Virus record (IMG/VR): IMGVR_UViG_3300028886_000036
Span: 211,467-275,466 of that record
DNA: 64,000 nucleotides
Reading direction: 5' to 3' (one strand)
Source of the DNA: a virus
Lineage: Duplodnaviria; Caudoviricetes
The notes below the pieces were generated by a model that was not told where the DNA came from, did no database searches, and saw only the letters and a program-made list of their open reading frames with translations. Position numbers and translations under genes: made by a program. Within the stretch, counting starts at the first letter, position 1. Each line of letters starts with the position of its first letter. Positions 1 to 9,684 of the stretch are shown piece by piece.

Positions 1-30
1 AAAAGTGTGCAAGTCACTTTCAGTGCTCCA
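1..30 (+). tRNA. 3' end of a tRNA truncated by the window edge
   Basis: T-arm-like AAGTG-TGCAAGT-CACTT, then a 7-nt acceptor strand and TCCA, just before two complete tRNAs. Confidence 0.6.
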
Positions 31-52
31 TAAAATATAAAATTAGTTAAAT

Positions 53-137
53 GCCCAGGTGATGGAATGGAAGACATTGAGGACTTAAAATCCTCTGGCA
101 TCGCGCCGTGGGGGTTCGAATCCCCCTCTGGGCACCA
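53..137 (+). tRNA. tRNA-Leu(TAA)
   Basis: Acceptor GCCCAGG/TCTGGGC, anticodon arm GAGGA-CTTAAAA-TCCTC, long variable arm, GTTCGAATC T-loop, encoded CCA. Confidence 0.95.
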
Positions 138-141
138 CTAC

Positions 142-217
142 GGACTCGTAGCTCAATTGGTAGAGTCGGCGACTTATAATCGCCAGGTTCTGGGATCGTA
201 CCCCAGCGGGTCCTCCA
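142..217 (+). tRNA. tRNA-Ile(TAT)
   Basis: Acceptor GGACTCG/CGGGTCC, anticodon arm GGCGA-CTTATAA-TCGCC, T-arm CTGGG-ATCGTAC-CCCAG, encoded CCA. Confidence 0.85.
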
Positions 218-273
218 AATTTGATTTCAAAACTAATAAGTTTTAATATAAATGCAGGTGGTGATCACCTTCA

Positions 274-912
274 ATGAGTATATTGTTTAATAATGTTTAT
301 CAAGGTCCACCTGGACCACCAGAATTTGAATATCCTATTTTATATGATGGGTATTTTATTCCTTATTCAGCTGATTATAATTTACGTAACGCTTTATCTC
401 AACAATTAGGTAAGAATATTTCTTATGGAGTTATTGGATATATTGATTCGGCATATGCTTTATCTAAATATAATGTTACTGTTAATGATACTGGGTCTAT
501 GGATCCTATGAAATTTGGATTTACGAAGCCTGATGGTACTAAAGGAATTAATACTATTAAGCAATTTATGTTTAGTGCGGTAGATATGTACGGAGAAATT
601 TATTTAAGCACTAATGGATTTTTAACAGAATATAGTGAATATAATGATGATGAGAATAGTTCGCCTAAAATAATGGTTGAATTTCAGTTGACTTATGAAA
701 ACTACGATAGTAATGGAGATAGAACTCTATTTATTAGAACTAATACGCAGTTCGCTGAATTCTTGGATCTTAGAAATTGTGTATCAACTACAAGCGGTGG
801 TGCTACTTATCATACATTTAACAGTAGTAGAGAATATAATTCGATATATCTAACTGGATTTTTATCTGTTTCTGCTCCTTTTAGACTTACAGCTAGAGTA
901 CTGTCAAGTTAA
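274..912 (+). CDS. hypothetical protein
   Basis: 212-aa ORF with GGTGGTG SD-like sequence upstream. Confidence 0.7.
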   Translation: MSILFNNVYQGPPGPPEFEYPILYDGYFIPYSADYNLRNALSQQLGKNISYGVIGYIDSAYALSKYNVTVNDTGSMDPMKFGFTKPDGTKGINTIKQFMFSAVDMYGEIYLSTNGFLTEYSEYNDDENSSPKIMVEFQLTYENYDSNGDRTLFIRTNTQFAEFLDLRNCVSTTSGGATYHTFNSSREYNSIYLTGFLSVSAPFRLTARVLSS

Positions 913-1186
913 CTATTTATAAAAGAAGTGATTATAAATATTTATGCGAATGGTCAGTTACACGTAATCCTTATCCAATAGATATCACTTAAAGAAAGGA
1001 TTGTGACATGTCTAATGACTGAATGGTACTTTACAAATGGAACTTCTTCTAATAATACAATAAAAGTTGAATATGTAGCCTTTATTCCAAATACTGGGAA
1101 TATGTAGAACGTTAGCAAATAAAAACCAGTAGAAGATAAGCTGTATGTTTGATTTATAGTTTATTGTAAAGGAGTGAATACTATGC

Positions 1187-2059
1187 ATGTTTAGTAAAAA
1201 ACTTTTGATACAAAATAAAGATAGCCCATATTTAATATATAGACTTACATATGCGGAGTGTCAGGCGTACCATAGTTCTTTAACACTTGGGTATGTTATT
1301 AAGAATCGTGATGAAAAGTTTAAGGTAGTTGCGATTGCAAATAATCTATATATCAATAATAATGGATATATTTATGGAAATAGTGACGATCCACTTTATA
1401 CTTATTCACGTTTTACAGATAGTCAATGGTATGAATTACGTGTTTACTGTGATGATAGTATAATGAATCTGGGAAGTTTTTTTCTTAGAGACTTCTATGT
1501 TTTTACTAGATATGAGCCTTCAACATATTTATATTTTTATGGGGATGGACGAGATTTAGTTTATGACGCTTCAGGTGGATATTATTCGGTTTTTCGGTCT
1601 GATAGACAACAACAATATTCTGGGGATTATACTTCGATGTCTATAAACACGATATCAGCTATACAAGATTCTTTTAATTTATATGCTGCACAAGTTAGGG
1701 ATAATCCACAGTCAGATCCCGTAGAATTTGATCAAATGAGAACTGTTGAAGTTGAATTTGATTATAATTCTAGCTATGAATTAAATGTTGAAGGATTATT
1801 AGTAACTATTAATAGTGATACACTAAATATTAGTTTACAATATTCTTCTCAAAATCTGAGTTTACAATTCTATAGAATATCATTAAATCAATCTGAAATA
1901 GCACAAATTCCAGTATATGCTAATTCAGATAGTCGAGTATATACCATTCCAAGTAATGCCCCAGATTTAATAAATGGAATTAATAGTCTTACTGTTGTAG
2001 CTAGATTAAGTGATAATTCTGAGTCTATATCAGAAAACACATTCGTTTATAATGCATAG
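1187..2059 (+). CDS. hypothetical protein
   Basis: 290-aa ORF, AAGGAG SD. Confidence 0.75.
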   Translation: MFSKKLLIQNKDSPYLIYRLTYAECQAYHSSLTLGYVIKNRDEKFKVVAIANNLYINNNGYIYGNSDDPLYTYSRFTDSQWYELRVYCDDSIMNLGSFFLRDFYVFTRYEPSTYLYFYGDGRDLVYDASGGYYSVFRSDRQQQYSGDYTSMSINTISAIQDSFNLYAAQVRDNPQSDPVEFDQMRTVEVEFDYNSSYELNVEGLLVTINSDTLNISLQYSSQNLSLQFYRISLNQSEIAQIPVYANSDSRVYTIPSNAPDLINGINSLTVVARLSDNSESISENTFVYNA

Positions 2060-2075
2060 AAAGGATGATTCTTAT

Positions 2076-2243
2076 ATGGTTAAATATTTTTTTGAGTCAA
2101 ATGGAAATAAGACCGAGGTTTCTGAAGTGATTTTTAATTCAGTTAAAAATCATTATGATAACAGTAGAATGTCTGCTACTGGAGATAGTTTTGGTAATGA
2201 AGAAATCACTCTTTCTGTAGAAGAAAGCGACATGCCTTTTTGA
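2076..2243 (+). CDS. small hypothetical protein (MVKYFFESNG...)
   Basis: GAAAGGA SD before the ATG at 2076; start moved downstream from the ORF track. Confidence 0.6.
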   Translation: MVKYFFESNGNKTEVSEVIFNSVKNHYDNSRMSATGDSFGNEEITLSVEESDMPF

Positions 2244-2261
2244 AAGGACTTGAAATAACAT

Positions 2262-2429
2262 ATGACTGAATGGTACTTTACAGAAGACAGTAATGGCGTC
2301 AGAACAATGGTTAAGAAGAAGGATTATAAGGAGCTTCAGTATAAGAGATTTAAGAATAATGAAGATCCTTATCCTCAGGATGTAGATACTACTAAACATA
2401 ATTTGGTAGTGCATACACTTCATATTTAA
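2262..2429 (+). CDS. small hypothetical protein, 55 aa (MTEWYFTEDSNG...)
   Basis: Translated by hand; GAAAGGA upstream; below the ORF-track cutoff. Confidence 0.6.
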   Translation: MTEWYFTEDSNGVRTMVKKKDYKELQYKRFKNNEDPYPQDVDTTKHNLVVHTLHI

Positions 2430-2441
2430 AGAGGTGTCAAT

Positions 2442-2588
2442 ATGCTAGGTTATGCATTTACTTGGCTTACACAAGCTAAAGATAGTGTAGCTAATTTCTT
2501 CCTTGGTGTTCCAGTAACTATCTTTGTCACACTTGGTATTATTTTCTTTATAGCGATGTTCTTCTTTGCATTTAAGAAGAAGGATTAG
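2442..2588 (+). CDS. small single-pass membrane protein, 48 aa
   Basis: GAGGTG SD; hydrophobic stretch FFLGVPVTIFVTLGIIFFIAMFFFAF followed by KKKD. Confidence 0.65.
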   Translation: MLGYAFTWLTQAKDSVANFFLGVPVTIFVTLGIIFFIAMFFFAFKKKD

Positions 2589-2623
2589 ATAAAATTAAAA
2601 ATAGAGAAAGGATTTGATCTATA

Positions 2624-3223
2624 ATGTTGGGTAGTTATAACATTAACGTTGCTCCTAGTAAGCTTCCTCAGAAGGTTGCTACTGCTTTTGGTGAGATTTT
2701 TAGTAATATGGTTGGTGCGGAGTACACACCAATTGCGTATCTTGGTGATAAGGTTGTTTCAGGTGTGAACCATGCTATCCTTGCAACTCAGACCATGATT
2801 ACTGGTACCGATGTTCATAATGTGGTTCTTGTGGTTCTGAATGAGAAGGATGATAAGTTTAGTTTGGTTGAGATCACCACACTGCTTTCAGATTCTGGTC
2901 GTATGGGCGGTCTCCAGGTTGCTCCTACTATTAATATCCCTGAAGAGGCTATGACGGTTTTTAATAACACTCTTGCTGGTTTTGTTGGTAGTAAGGTTAC
3001 TCCTTTTGCTCTGCTTGCTACTCAGGTTGTTAATGGCTTTAAGTATGTGTTTGCTTGTGAGAGCACTGCTGTTCTTTCACCTGAAGCTATGCGTACCAGC
3101 AACTACAATCAGGTTGTACTTGTGAGTGTTTACTCTAACTACGACAAGATTGAGTTTAATACTGTTATTGAGGGCGTTCCTGCTCAGGGTGCTCTTGGCG
3201 CTCCTCTTGGCGAATGGCCTTAA
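2624..3223 (+). CDS. two-repeat protein with cystatin-like QVVxG motifs
   Basis: Internal repeat: YTPIAYLGDKVVSGVNH and VTPFALLATQVVNGFKY; T-ending codon bias similar to the capsid gene. Confidence 0.6.
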   Translation: MLGSYNINVAPSKLPQKVATAFGEIFSNMVGAEYTPIAYLGDKVVSGVNHAILATQTMITGTDVHNVVLVVLNEKDDKFSLVEITTLLSDSGRMGGLQVAPTINIPEEAMTVFNNTLAGFVGSKVTPFALLATQVVNGFKYVFACESTAVLSPEAMRTSNYNQVVLVSVYSNYDKIEFNTVIEGVPAQGALGAPLGEWP

Positions 3224-3358
3224 TAAATAATATTTCTTTCATAATAAACCTCTAGAGGGGTGAAACTCCCCTCAACCCTTTTCTTTTGACCAGTTTTTCT
3301 AGATTAAAAAGCTGAGACCCTTGTTATAGGAGACCCATACTTATGGAGGTAGCTAAAA

Positions 3359-4321
3359 ATGAAAATTATATCTAGTAGTACATATGATGAGATGATGCAT
3401 AATCATCTAGAATTAACCGAGGATCTTTATTTTGAGATACCTTCTGGAGAAAAATTAAGAAAGTTCTGTAAGAAGATACGTTATGGATTACATCCTGAAA
3501 TATTTAATTATTATCGGGAACATGATCTTGATCTTTTTACAGTATATAAGGATTATCTAGTAATCCATAACGATAGTCTTTGGAAGGAACTTAAAAAGAA
3601 AGATGAGGATTCTAAAATGATTAAAACTAACTATACATTAGATGAGCTTGGGAGTAAGTTTAAATATTCAATCTTGATTACAGCCCCAATAAATGATTCA
3701 ATTACCTATGACCTTATTGATATTGTTAAGAGTAAATTTCGCATTGATAAAGATTTCAATATCGGTATATTCAAAGTTATTAATGCTATATATAGTGACG
3801 ATATGGAGGAAAATTTGGGTTACTATCTTTCAGACAATAACAATATGGGATTTCCTCTTTGTAACGGTGGATATGAGTTTATTTTAGATAATGGTAAATT
3901 AACGGTAGAAAGCGATCAGGTTTCATCAAATAAGCCTTGTATTAAAAAATTTACCTGTAGTTTTGAGTTATCAGAAAAAAAGAATCAAAAGAAGCAAGCC
4001 ACTGAAAATGTTAATTCTGGAAGTCTTGAATCTAGTGGACCTTGGCATGAACCTGAAAAGGTCAAAGCTATTAGAGAAACTATTGAAGCCGTAATGAAAA
4101 ACACAGGCAAGACAGATCTTAAAGATATTGATCTTGACATGCTCAGTAGTTGTATTAATGCAACCTTTAATAGAGAAAAGATGTTCTATAAATGGTTGAA
4201 TGAGTTTACCAATGAAGAAGTTGATGATAAGACAATTAAGTTTGCATTCAAATTCTTAGACTGGGTTCTTTTGAATAAACTTGATTCAGAGAAAACTAAC
4301 GGTATTTGTTTTAAAGAGTAA
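3359..4321 (+). CDS. hypothetical protein
   Basis: 320-aa ORF, GGAGGT SD. Confidence 0.75.
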   Translation: MKIISSSTYDEMMHNHLELTEDLYFEIPSGEKLRKFCKKIRYGLHPEIFNYYREHDLDLFTVYKDYLVIHNDSLWKELKKKDEDSKMIKTNYTLDELGSKFKYSILITAPINDSITYDLIDIVKSKFRIDKDFNIGIFKVINAIYSDDMEENLGYYLSDNNNMGFPLCNGGYEFILDNGKLTVESDQVSSNKPCIKKFTCSFELSEKKNQKKQATENVNSGSLESSGPWHEPEKVKAIRETIEAVMKNTGKTDLKDIDLDMLSSCINATFNREKMFYKWLNEFTNEEVDDKTIKFAFKFLDWVLLNKLDSEKTNGICFKE

Positions 4322-4331
4322 TATTAACATT

Positions 4332-4409
4332 CGGGTATTAGCGCAGTCTGGTTAGCGTATCTGCTTTGGGAGCAGAGGGTCGAAGGTTCAAATCCTTCAT
4401 ACCCGACCA
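4332..4409 (+). tRNA. tRNA-Pro(TGG)
   Basis: Acceptor CGGGTAT/ATACCCG, anticodon arm TCTGC-TTTGGGA-GCAGA, GGTTCAAATCC T-arm, CCA. Confidence 0.95.
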
Positions 4410-4545
4410 TTAAGACTTACAACATTTATATGTTTGTAAATAAAGTTTGCCAACACATTTGCCGCGATGTGTTGATGAAGAACGTTATCAGTCATGGATA
4501 ACACCCTCCTTTGGAAGAAGCCTAGCTTAACCGCTAGGCTTTTTT
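4410..4545 (+). ncRNA. candidate small RNA: three hairpins, an unpaired anti-SD (ACCCTCCTTT) and a terminator
   Basis: Stems TTACAACAT/ATGTTTGTAA, CAACACAT/ATGTGTTG and GTTATC/GATAAC; terminator AAGCCTAGC/GCTAGGCTT plus T-run. Confidence 0.5.
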
Positions 4546-4546
4546 A

Positions 4547-4575
4547 TTGACAATTAAACAAAGCAATGTTATAAT
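4547..4575 (+). promoter_or_regulatory. sigma-A/70-type promoter
   Basis: TTGACA-N17-TATAAT. Confidence 0.8.
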
Positions 4576-4609
4576 TAGTTTAATCTTAAGCATAAAGGAA
4601 GTGTATATA

Positions 4610-4999
4610 ATGTCAGAATGGTTTGGTCATGAGCCATATATTCCAAATCCTAGTGGAATATATAAAAAAGATATTAATTATGTGGCTACTGAAGAAGAAG
4701 TTAATCAAGCAAAAGAAAAAACTATGATTGATGATGATTGCGGGTATGATGGAGGTAAATGGATTAATACTTCAGTTAGTAGCGAAGTACCAATTGAAGT
4801 AAAAGTTTTATGTAATGAAACTTGTAGAAAACAAATGGATTATTATGAGGATACTATAGTTAAACTCAATGATATGAATAGGCATCTTAAAGATAAAGTT
4901 ACATTGTATACTATATTAACTTATTTCTTTGCATTAACTACTGGGTTGCCTCTTTTATATATGATGGTAGAATATCTTACCTTAAAAGGAATAATGTAA
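4610..4999 (+). CDS. hypothetical protein with C-terminal TM helix
   Basis: AAGGAAG SD before the ATG at 4610; hydrophobic C-terminus. Confidence 0.7.
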   Translation: MSEWFGHEPYIPNPSGIYKKDINYVATEEEVNQAKEKTMIDDDCGYDGGKWINTSVSSEVPIEVKVLCNETCRKQMDYYEDTIVKLNDMNRHLKDKVTLYTILTYFFALTTGLPLLYMMVEYLTLKGIM

Positions 5000-5004
5000 G
5001 ATGA

Positions 5005-5037
5005 AAAAGAAAGGTAGATAACCTCTACCTTTCTTTT
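5005..5037. terminator. bidirectional intrinsic terminator
   Basis: AAAAGAAAGGTAGA/TCTACCTTTCTTTT between convergent genes. Confidence 0.8.
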
Positions 5038-5041
5038 ATTT

Positions 5042-5680
5042 CTATGAACTAAACATTTTCTTCTTAATCGGACTTAACATAAAGAATGCAGATACTTTGT
5101 ACTGTTTATTAGCATTTTCAATTACAACTTCTTCCTGAAGATAGCTACTAATACTTGGAGTCCTTTTATTAAAGAAACTAATCTCATAAGTACTATCTTT
5201 ATAGTATGCTATTCTAATATCTATACCACAAATAGTATCTTTAACAGCATATCTATCACCATAATAGTTAAGACGTATAAATGTTATCTTATCATTGAAC
5301 TTTATTTTAGCGTAGATACATTTATTAAGCATATCTAACGCTTTTTCAAACGAAACGTTAAAGTAATTACAAAATTCATTCATAGTTTTTTCTATTGATT
5401 TAGCCCATGCCATAGACAGTTTTCTCTCACGGATAACGTCTTTCCTATGTAGTTCTTCCATATAGGCTAAACGTTCTTTTTGAAGTGATAGGTAAAATTT
5501 TTTAGTTGTATAACATTTCTCTCTTCCACAATATACGTTCTTTGCGCTAATTGTTCCATTAAGTTTTATTTCATTAATGGCAATAATCTCATTTTGAGAT
5601 ATGTCGTCCTGATATTCTTCTCTCCATAAGAATGTACTTAAGTCTAAACTTTCCTCACACGCCATATTTATAGATACCAC
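5042..5680 (-). CDS. hypothetical protein
   Basis: 212-aa ORF ending at a terminator. Confidence 0.7.
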   Translation of the reverse strand: MVSINMACEESLDLSTFLWREEYQDDISQNEIIAINEIKLNGTISAKNVYCGREKCYTTKKFYLSLQKERLAYMEELHRKDVIRERKLSMAWAKSIEKTMNEFCNYFNVSFEKALDMLNKCIYAKIKFNDKITFIRLNYYGDRYAVKDTICGIDIRIAYYKDSTYEISFFNKRTPSISSYLQEEVVIENANKQYKVSAFFMLSPIKKKMFSS

Positions 5681-5808
5681 CTTTCTTTTAAATTTTTATA
5701 AAAAGAAACCCTAGCCAGTGACGTGGATAACTAGGGTTTCCTTTATATTGGGTGAAAGTTATGCAGTTTGATTAACTACGGACTATCTCTAGCCATAACA
5801 GGTACCTC

Positions 5809-6135
5809 CTACTTTCTCTGAAATATTGGACCAGTATATACTGGGTATAACAGCCATTCAATTAACGGGACACTCTTGGCATATTTAGCAAACACAAAAG
5901 TTTTATGTGTGCCAGAATCAATTTCAATATGCCATAGAGTTTGACATTGGTCATAGATAGGTGTTTTTTTAATTTCTTCATGCAAGAATTTCCGTGGGTT
6001 TTCAGTATTAAGAAATTTCTCATACTCTTCTTCCGATACTTCATTCCCAACAGAATCTAAAAATTTTGATTCAATAACATATTTACTTGCATGAGCTTTA
6101 TTACTAATCCGGTATAGTCCTTTTTCTACTACCAT
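5809..6135 (-). CDS. hypothetical protein
   Basis: 108-aa ORF, AGGAG SD. Confidence 0.7.
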   Translation of the reverse strand: MVVEKGLYRISNKAHASKYVIESKFLDSVGNEVSEEEYEKFLNTENPRKFLHEEIKKTPIYDQCQTLWHIEIDSGTHKTFVFAKYAKSVPLIEWLLYPVYTGPIFQRK

Positions 6136-6191
6136 ATTTTCTCCTAAAGTAATTCCGGGCTAGATTTATATCCAGCCCGGAATGATTAAAT

Positions 6192-6986
6192 CTACTTACA
6201 ATATTTTTCGCAGAACGCGTTGTATCCAGTCTCGTTGTTAGTGTATACGTCGATCTTGTGCTTCTCATCAGCACGATCTGTGTGGAACCCAGACGTATCA
6301 ACAAAAGTCGCAACGTCACTGGTGTGGAAAGCAATGAGCTTTGAACCCATGTCGATTCCAGCGAACCCGTTCTTTAACTTGATAACTGGATACTTCTTTA
6401 CAGAAGCATCCACTCTCGTGTCAAAGTACTTAACACCCTTTAGTGCTTTTGGCTCAGTCGGAATAAGCTTTTTTGCGTCCGGAGAATCAACAAGAATCGC
6501 CAAAGAACCTTTCTGATACATGTTAGGAAGCTTTATAAGCTTTTCCATACCCTCAAACGACGCTGACGAATAAACATACTCGTTTACGACATCGTTGATA
6601 AACTGGTACAGATGCTCTGTATCCGGTTCTTTAGGAAGCCTTTCGCCCTCCACCATCATCTTGGTAATGATATACCTTCCATTAGTGGGATTAAAACCAC
6701 CAATGCCAAGGATGTGATATACGGCTCCGTGGTGCGCCAGAGGAGCTTCTTTGGAGAAAAAGCTTCGAAGGATGCAGACGAACTTGAACTCCTGAAACAA
6801 CGCTCCATACGGCATGATGCACTCGGTAACGCGCTTCACCTTGAACTGCACTGCCTCCCCTGCAAAGACTTTAGTACTTAAAGTCTTTCCATCCGAGTCT
6901 TCGATTTCACACGACACGGGGAAGTCTTGGGTATAGATATACTTCACCCACCAATTGTTGCTGCGCTCGTTGTTATTGTCGGTCAT
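6192..6986 (-). CDS. hypothetical protein (cassette gene, visibly higher GC)
   Basis: AAGGAGGT SD before the ATG at 6986; promoter motif at 7045. Confidence 0.8.
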   Translation of the reverse strand: MTDNNNERSNNWWVKYIYTQDFPVSCEIEDSDGKTLSTKVFAGEAVQFKVKRVTECIMPYGALFQEFKFVCILRSFFSKEAPLAHHGAVYHILGIGGFNPTNGRYIITKMMVEGERLPKEPDTEHLYQFINDVVNEYVYSSASFEGMEKLIKLPNMYQKGSLAILVDSPDAKKLIPTEPKALKGVKYFDTRVDASVKKYPVIKLKNGFAGIDMGSKLIAFHTSDVATFVDTSGFHTDRADEKHKIDVYTNNETGYNAFCEKYCK

Positions 6987-7044
6987 TTTTATGACCTCCT
7001 TATTGAGATTAAGTCCTGTGATAGAAACAGAACTCACAATAATA

Positions 7045-7054
7045 ATATATATAC
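7045..7054 (-). promoter_or_regulatory. conserved phage promoter-like motif TRTAWRTATATW (first of 20 copies)
   Basis: Plus-strand ATATAY(A/T/G)TAY at 7045, 8281, 12280, 12671, 14574, 18747, 25714, 30453, 30862, 31232, 31385, 32017, 32306, 33045, 33807, 34411, 34879, 36664, 41069 and 55075, each just upstream of a minus-strand unit. Confidence 0.75.
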
Positions 7055-7119
7055 AAATTTTGAGATAGACTTAAAAATAAAAAGAGCCCCACAATTAAGT
7101 GGGACTCTTATATAGAACA

Positions 7120-8226
7120 TTAGTCATCAAACACAACATCTTTGTTGTAAACTAATTTCATCAACTTCTTAAAAGACGGCTTAGTATGCAGGAACCTGAA
7201 GAATGGATGAGCATCGTCTGCTAAAGTTCTATCAAGAATTCCGTCTCTGACAAACCAATCATAGTCATCCATTCGAAAAACCCAAAACGCATGATAGTAC
7301 TGGTCAGGCCAGTACACCAAAACCCAACCTGTTTCAGTATCTAACGCAGTAGCTAACGGTGGGTTCTTCAGGAGCTCGTTAGATTTTGAAGTGATGTTTT
7401 CGCTTAGAATAATACCGGAAACCTCAAGCTTCCCAAACAACTTAATATATTCAGTTGATGGAGAAGCACTAGTGTACTGATTAATAGTACCAGCATGTTT
7501 TCCAGTAGACTCATACGTAGTCGTTTTTATTTCTACAATGGGCCGATTTTTCTTTTCAGAAATTTCCTTCTCTTCTTTGTCATAAAGTATAGGCCAATCA
7601 AGGTTAGAAAGAAAGAACTCGAAATTTTTGTACCTATACTTAGAAGAGTAAAATTTCTTAGGATTGATCTGATATTGCTCTCTATCAGGCATATTTTGAA
7701 CTTCCCGATCAAGATAGATTAGCTCGTTCCCTACAGTCTCCAAAAGAGACATGAAATAATGCCCACTGTTGCTATCTTCCAACGCAATTCTTTCAAACAT
7801 TTCTCCATTTGTACTAACTCGTACTAATTTATAGCATCCATCAGATACATCATAATGGAGTAGTATATCGTTGACATACTTAGCGCATAACATAGGTACG
7901 TCTTTTTCAGGCCATTTTCTGCGATATGCATGTTTTATTGTCAACCTGATAACAACGTTTCCGGGGTTATTCCCACGTACAAGTCGTGTAGGCCAAATAC
8001 GAATAAGTTGACCTTCACGAACTTCTTCCATTCCGATAGGAATGCCTAATTTTTTATCGAAGACCATAGCCGGGCCATATGGAATTCTGCCAAACTCATA
8101 TTTAACAAGTAAGCAATTCTCCCATAATGGTGACCATCCCCATGTACTTTGCGACTCAAGTCTATTCTCTCGGGTAAAAATTCTACCCCCGAGATCCTGT
8201 TCTTTTCTCGCCCAATAATATAACAT
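7120..8226 (-). CDS. hypothetical protein (cassette gene)
   Basis: 368-aa ORF; promoter motif at 8281; terminator at about 7083-7108. Confidence 0.8.
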   Translation of the reverse strand: MLYYWARKEQDLGGRIFTRENRLESQSTWGWSPLWENCLLVKYEFGRIPYGPAMVFDKKLGIPIGMEEVREGQLIRIWPTRLVRGNNPGNVVIRLTIKHAYRRKWPEKDVPMLCAKYVNDILLHYDVSDGCYKLVRVSTNGEMFERIALEDSNSGHYFMSLLETVGNELIYLDREVQNMPDREQYQINPKKFYSSKYRYKNFEFFLSNLDWPILYDKEEKEISEKKNRPIVEIKTTTYESTGKHAGTINQYTSASPSTEYIKLFGKLEVSGIILSENITSKSNELLKNPPLATALDTETGWVLVYWPDQYYHAFWVFRMDDYDWFVRDGILDRTLADDAHPFFRFLHTKPSFKKLMKLVYNKDVVFDD

Positions 8227-8301
8227 GGTATTACCGCCTTTCGTAAAATTAGCCCTGTAGATACAGAACTTATTAACATTATATACTTACAAATTTTAGA
8301 C

Positions 8302-8330
8302 TTGACAAATAGTGTAATGTCTATTATAAT
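8302..8330 (+). promoter_or_regulatory. sigma-A/70-type promoter
   Basis: TTGACA-N17-TATAAT. Confidence 0.8.
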
Positions 8331-8650
8331 TACAGTATCTTAATGAAGGGGTTGATCATAGCATGATTAACAAAGACTTTATTTCTAAGTATCCTTTTGA
8401 TATACCAGGTATTGTTTATAAGAAAGATTATTGGGACGATAACTATGAATATGAAGAAGATGATGATGAAGATAAAGACAGTTGGATGTCTCTATAATTA
8501 GTTTAAGGAGGATTATAATATGTCTAGATTTACAGCTGAAAGTTTTGAGGATATGCTACATAGTATTCATTATATCTCTAGAACTCTTGAAAGAATTGAA
8601 AAGTTGCTTGTAGATATTGATGAAAAGATTAATAGGAAGGAGTCTTAATT

Positions 8651-8920
8651 ATGCCAATGAAGAATCATTTTGATTATATGGTACATGACGCAGTATATAG
8701 ACCTTATGAATCCCCAATGCCATTTACTGAAGGTCTTTATATGGATATTAAGGATTATATTGAATCCTTAGAAAGACGTATTGAAGAACTTGAAAAGAAA
8801 GTTGAAGAAAGTAATAATAAAAGTAATGTTCATATTACTATTGATACACCAGAGATTAATAGTCCGAGAGTTTGGTGGGATACTAAATCACCATATACTA
8901 TTAACTCACCAACTTGTTAA
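8651..8920 (+). CDS. hypothetical protein
   Basis: AAGGAG SD; short coiled-coil-like segment. Confidence 0.65.
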   Translation: MPMKNHFDYMVHDAVYRPYESPMPFTEGLYMDIKDYIESLERRIEELEKKVEESNNKSNVHITIDTPEINSPRVWWDTKSPYTINSPTC

Positions 8921-8935
8921 GAAGGAGGAATTATA

Positions 8936-9163
8936 ATGAGTTTAGGTGTTATTCTTGTAATAGCTATATGCATTGCAACTTTATTTAGTTGTATTGCTGA
9001 TATAATGTTTGACATTAAGTTAATTAATTCTAATATAGATGCTTTGGAAAAGAACTTCTATGATAGAATGTTTCAAACTGAGAACAAATTTAGACAGCTA
9101 GATACTAAATATAGTCTCAGTAGTATTAGATTTAAAAAACTAGAAAAGGAGATTGATAAGTAA
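8936..9163 (+). CDS. small membrane-anchored protein
   Basis: AGGAGG SD; N-terminal hydrophobic helix. Confidence 0.65.
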   Translation: MSLGVILVIAICIATLFSCIADIMFDIKLINSNIDALEKNFYDRMFQTENKFRQLDTKYSLSSIRFKKLEKEIDK

Positions 9164-9684
9164 TGAAGTATGATATTTACCCAATTAAGATTTGTGTAAG
9201 AGGTCGTAATCAGGAAAAGCCAGAAGAGCTTAGTTCTATTATGACTATTATTCCTGAAGCAGTTGAGGATAGTTTTAACAAGCCTGATACTCCGCCTACT
9301 ATTAATATTAAGCTTTTGATTGATAGTAATAATCTAGAAGATATTGATTATCTTCATAGCAGACTTTGGTTTGACCAGTTTATTTCATATACTGGTATTT
9401 ATAATTTGATCAATAAGGTTAATTTTGCATGCGCAATTGAAGTTAATAATCAGGTGGAATTTACAGATTCTAATAAAGAAGATCTGAATCATATGTTTGA
9501 ACACTTTGTTGAAGACTTTAAGAATTTTGTTGAGGATACTAAAACACATATTGTAGTGTGGCCAGAGCAACCAGCATTTACTATTACCACTCCAGAACCA
9601 ATTAAAGAAAAGGAAGAAACTAATGAAACAGCACCTGTTGCAGAAGCAGAGGTAGCTAATGACTCAACTACAAAGACTGAATGA
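9163..9684 (+). CDS. hypothetical protein
   Basis: Translationally coupled to the previous gene (TAATG). Confidence 0.7.
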   Translation: MKYDIYPIKICVRGRNQEKPEELSSIMTIIPEAVEDSFNKPDTPPTINIKLLIDSNNLEDIDYLHSRLWFDQFISYTGIYNLINKVNFACAIEVNNQVEFTDSNKEDLNHMFEHFVEDFKNFVEDTKTHIVVWPEQPAFTITTPEPIKEKEETNETAPVAEAEVANDSTTKTE

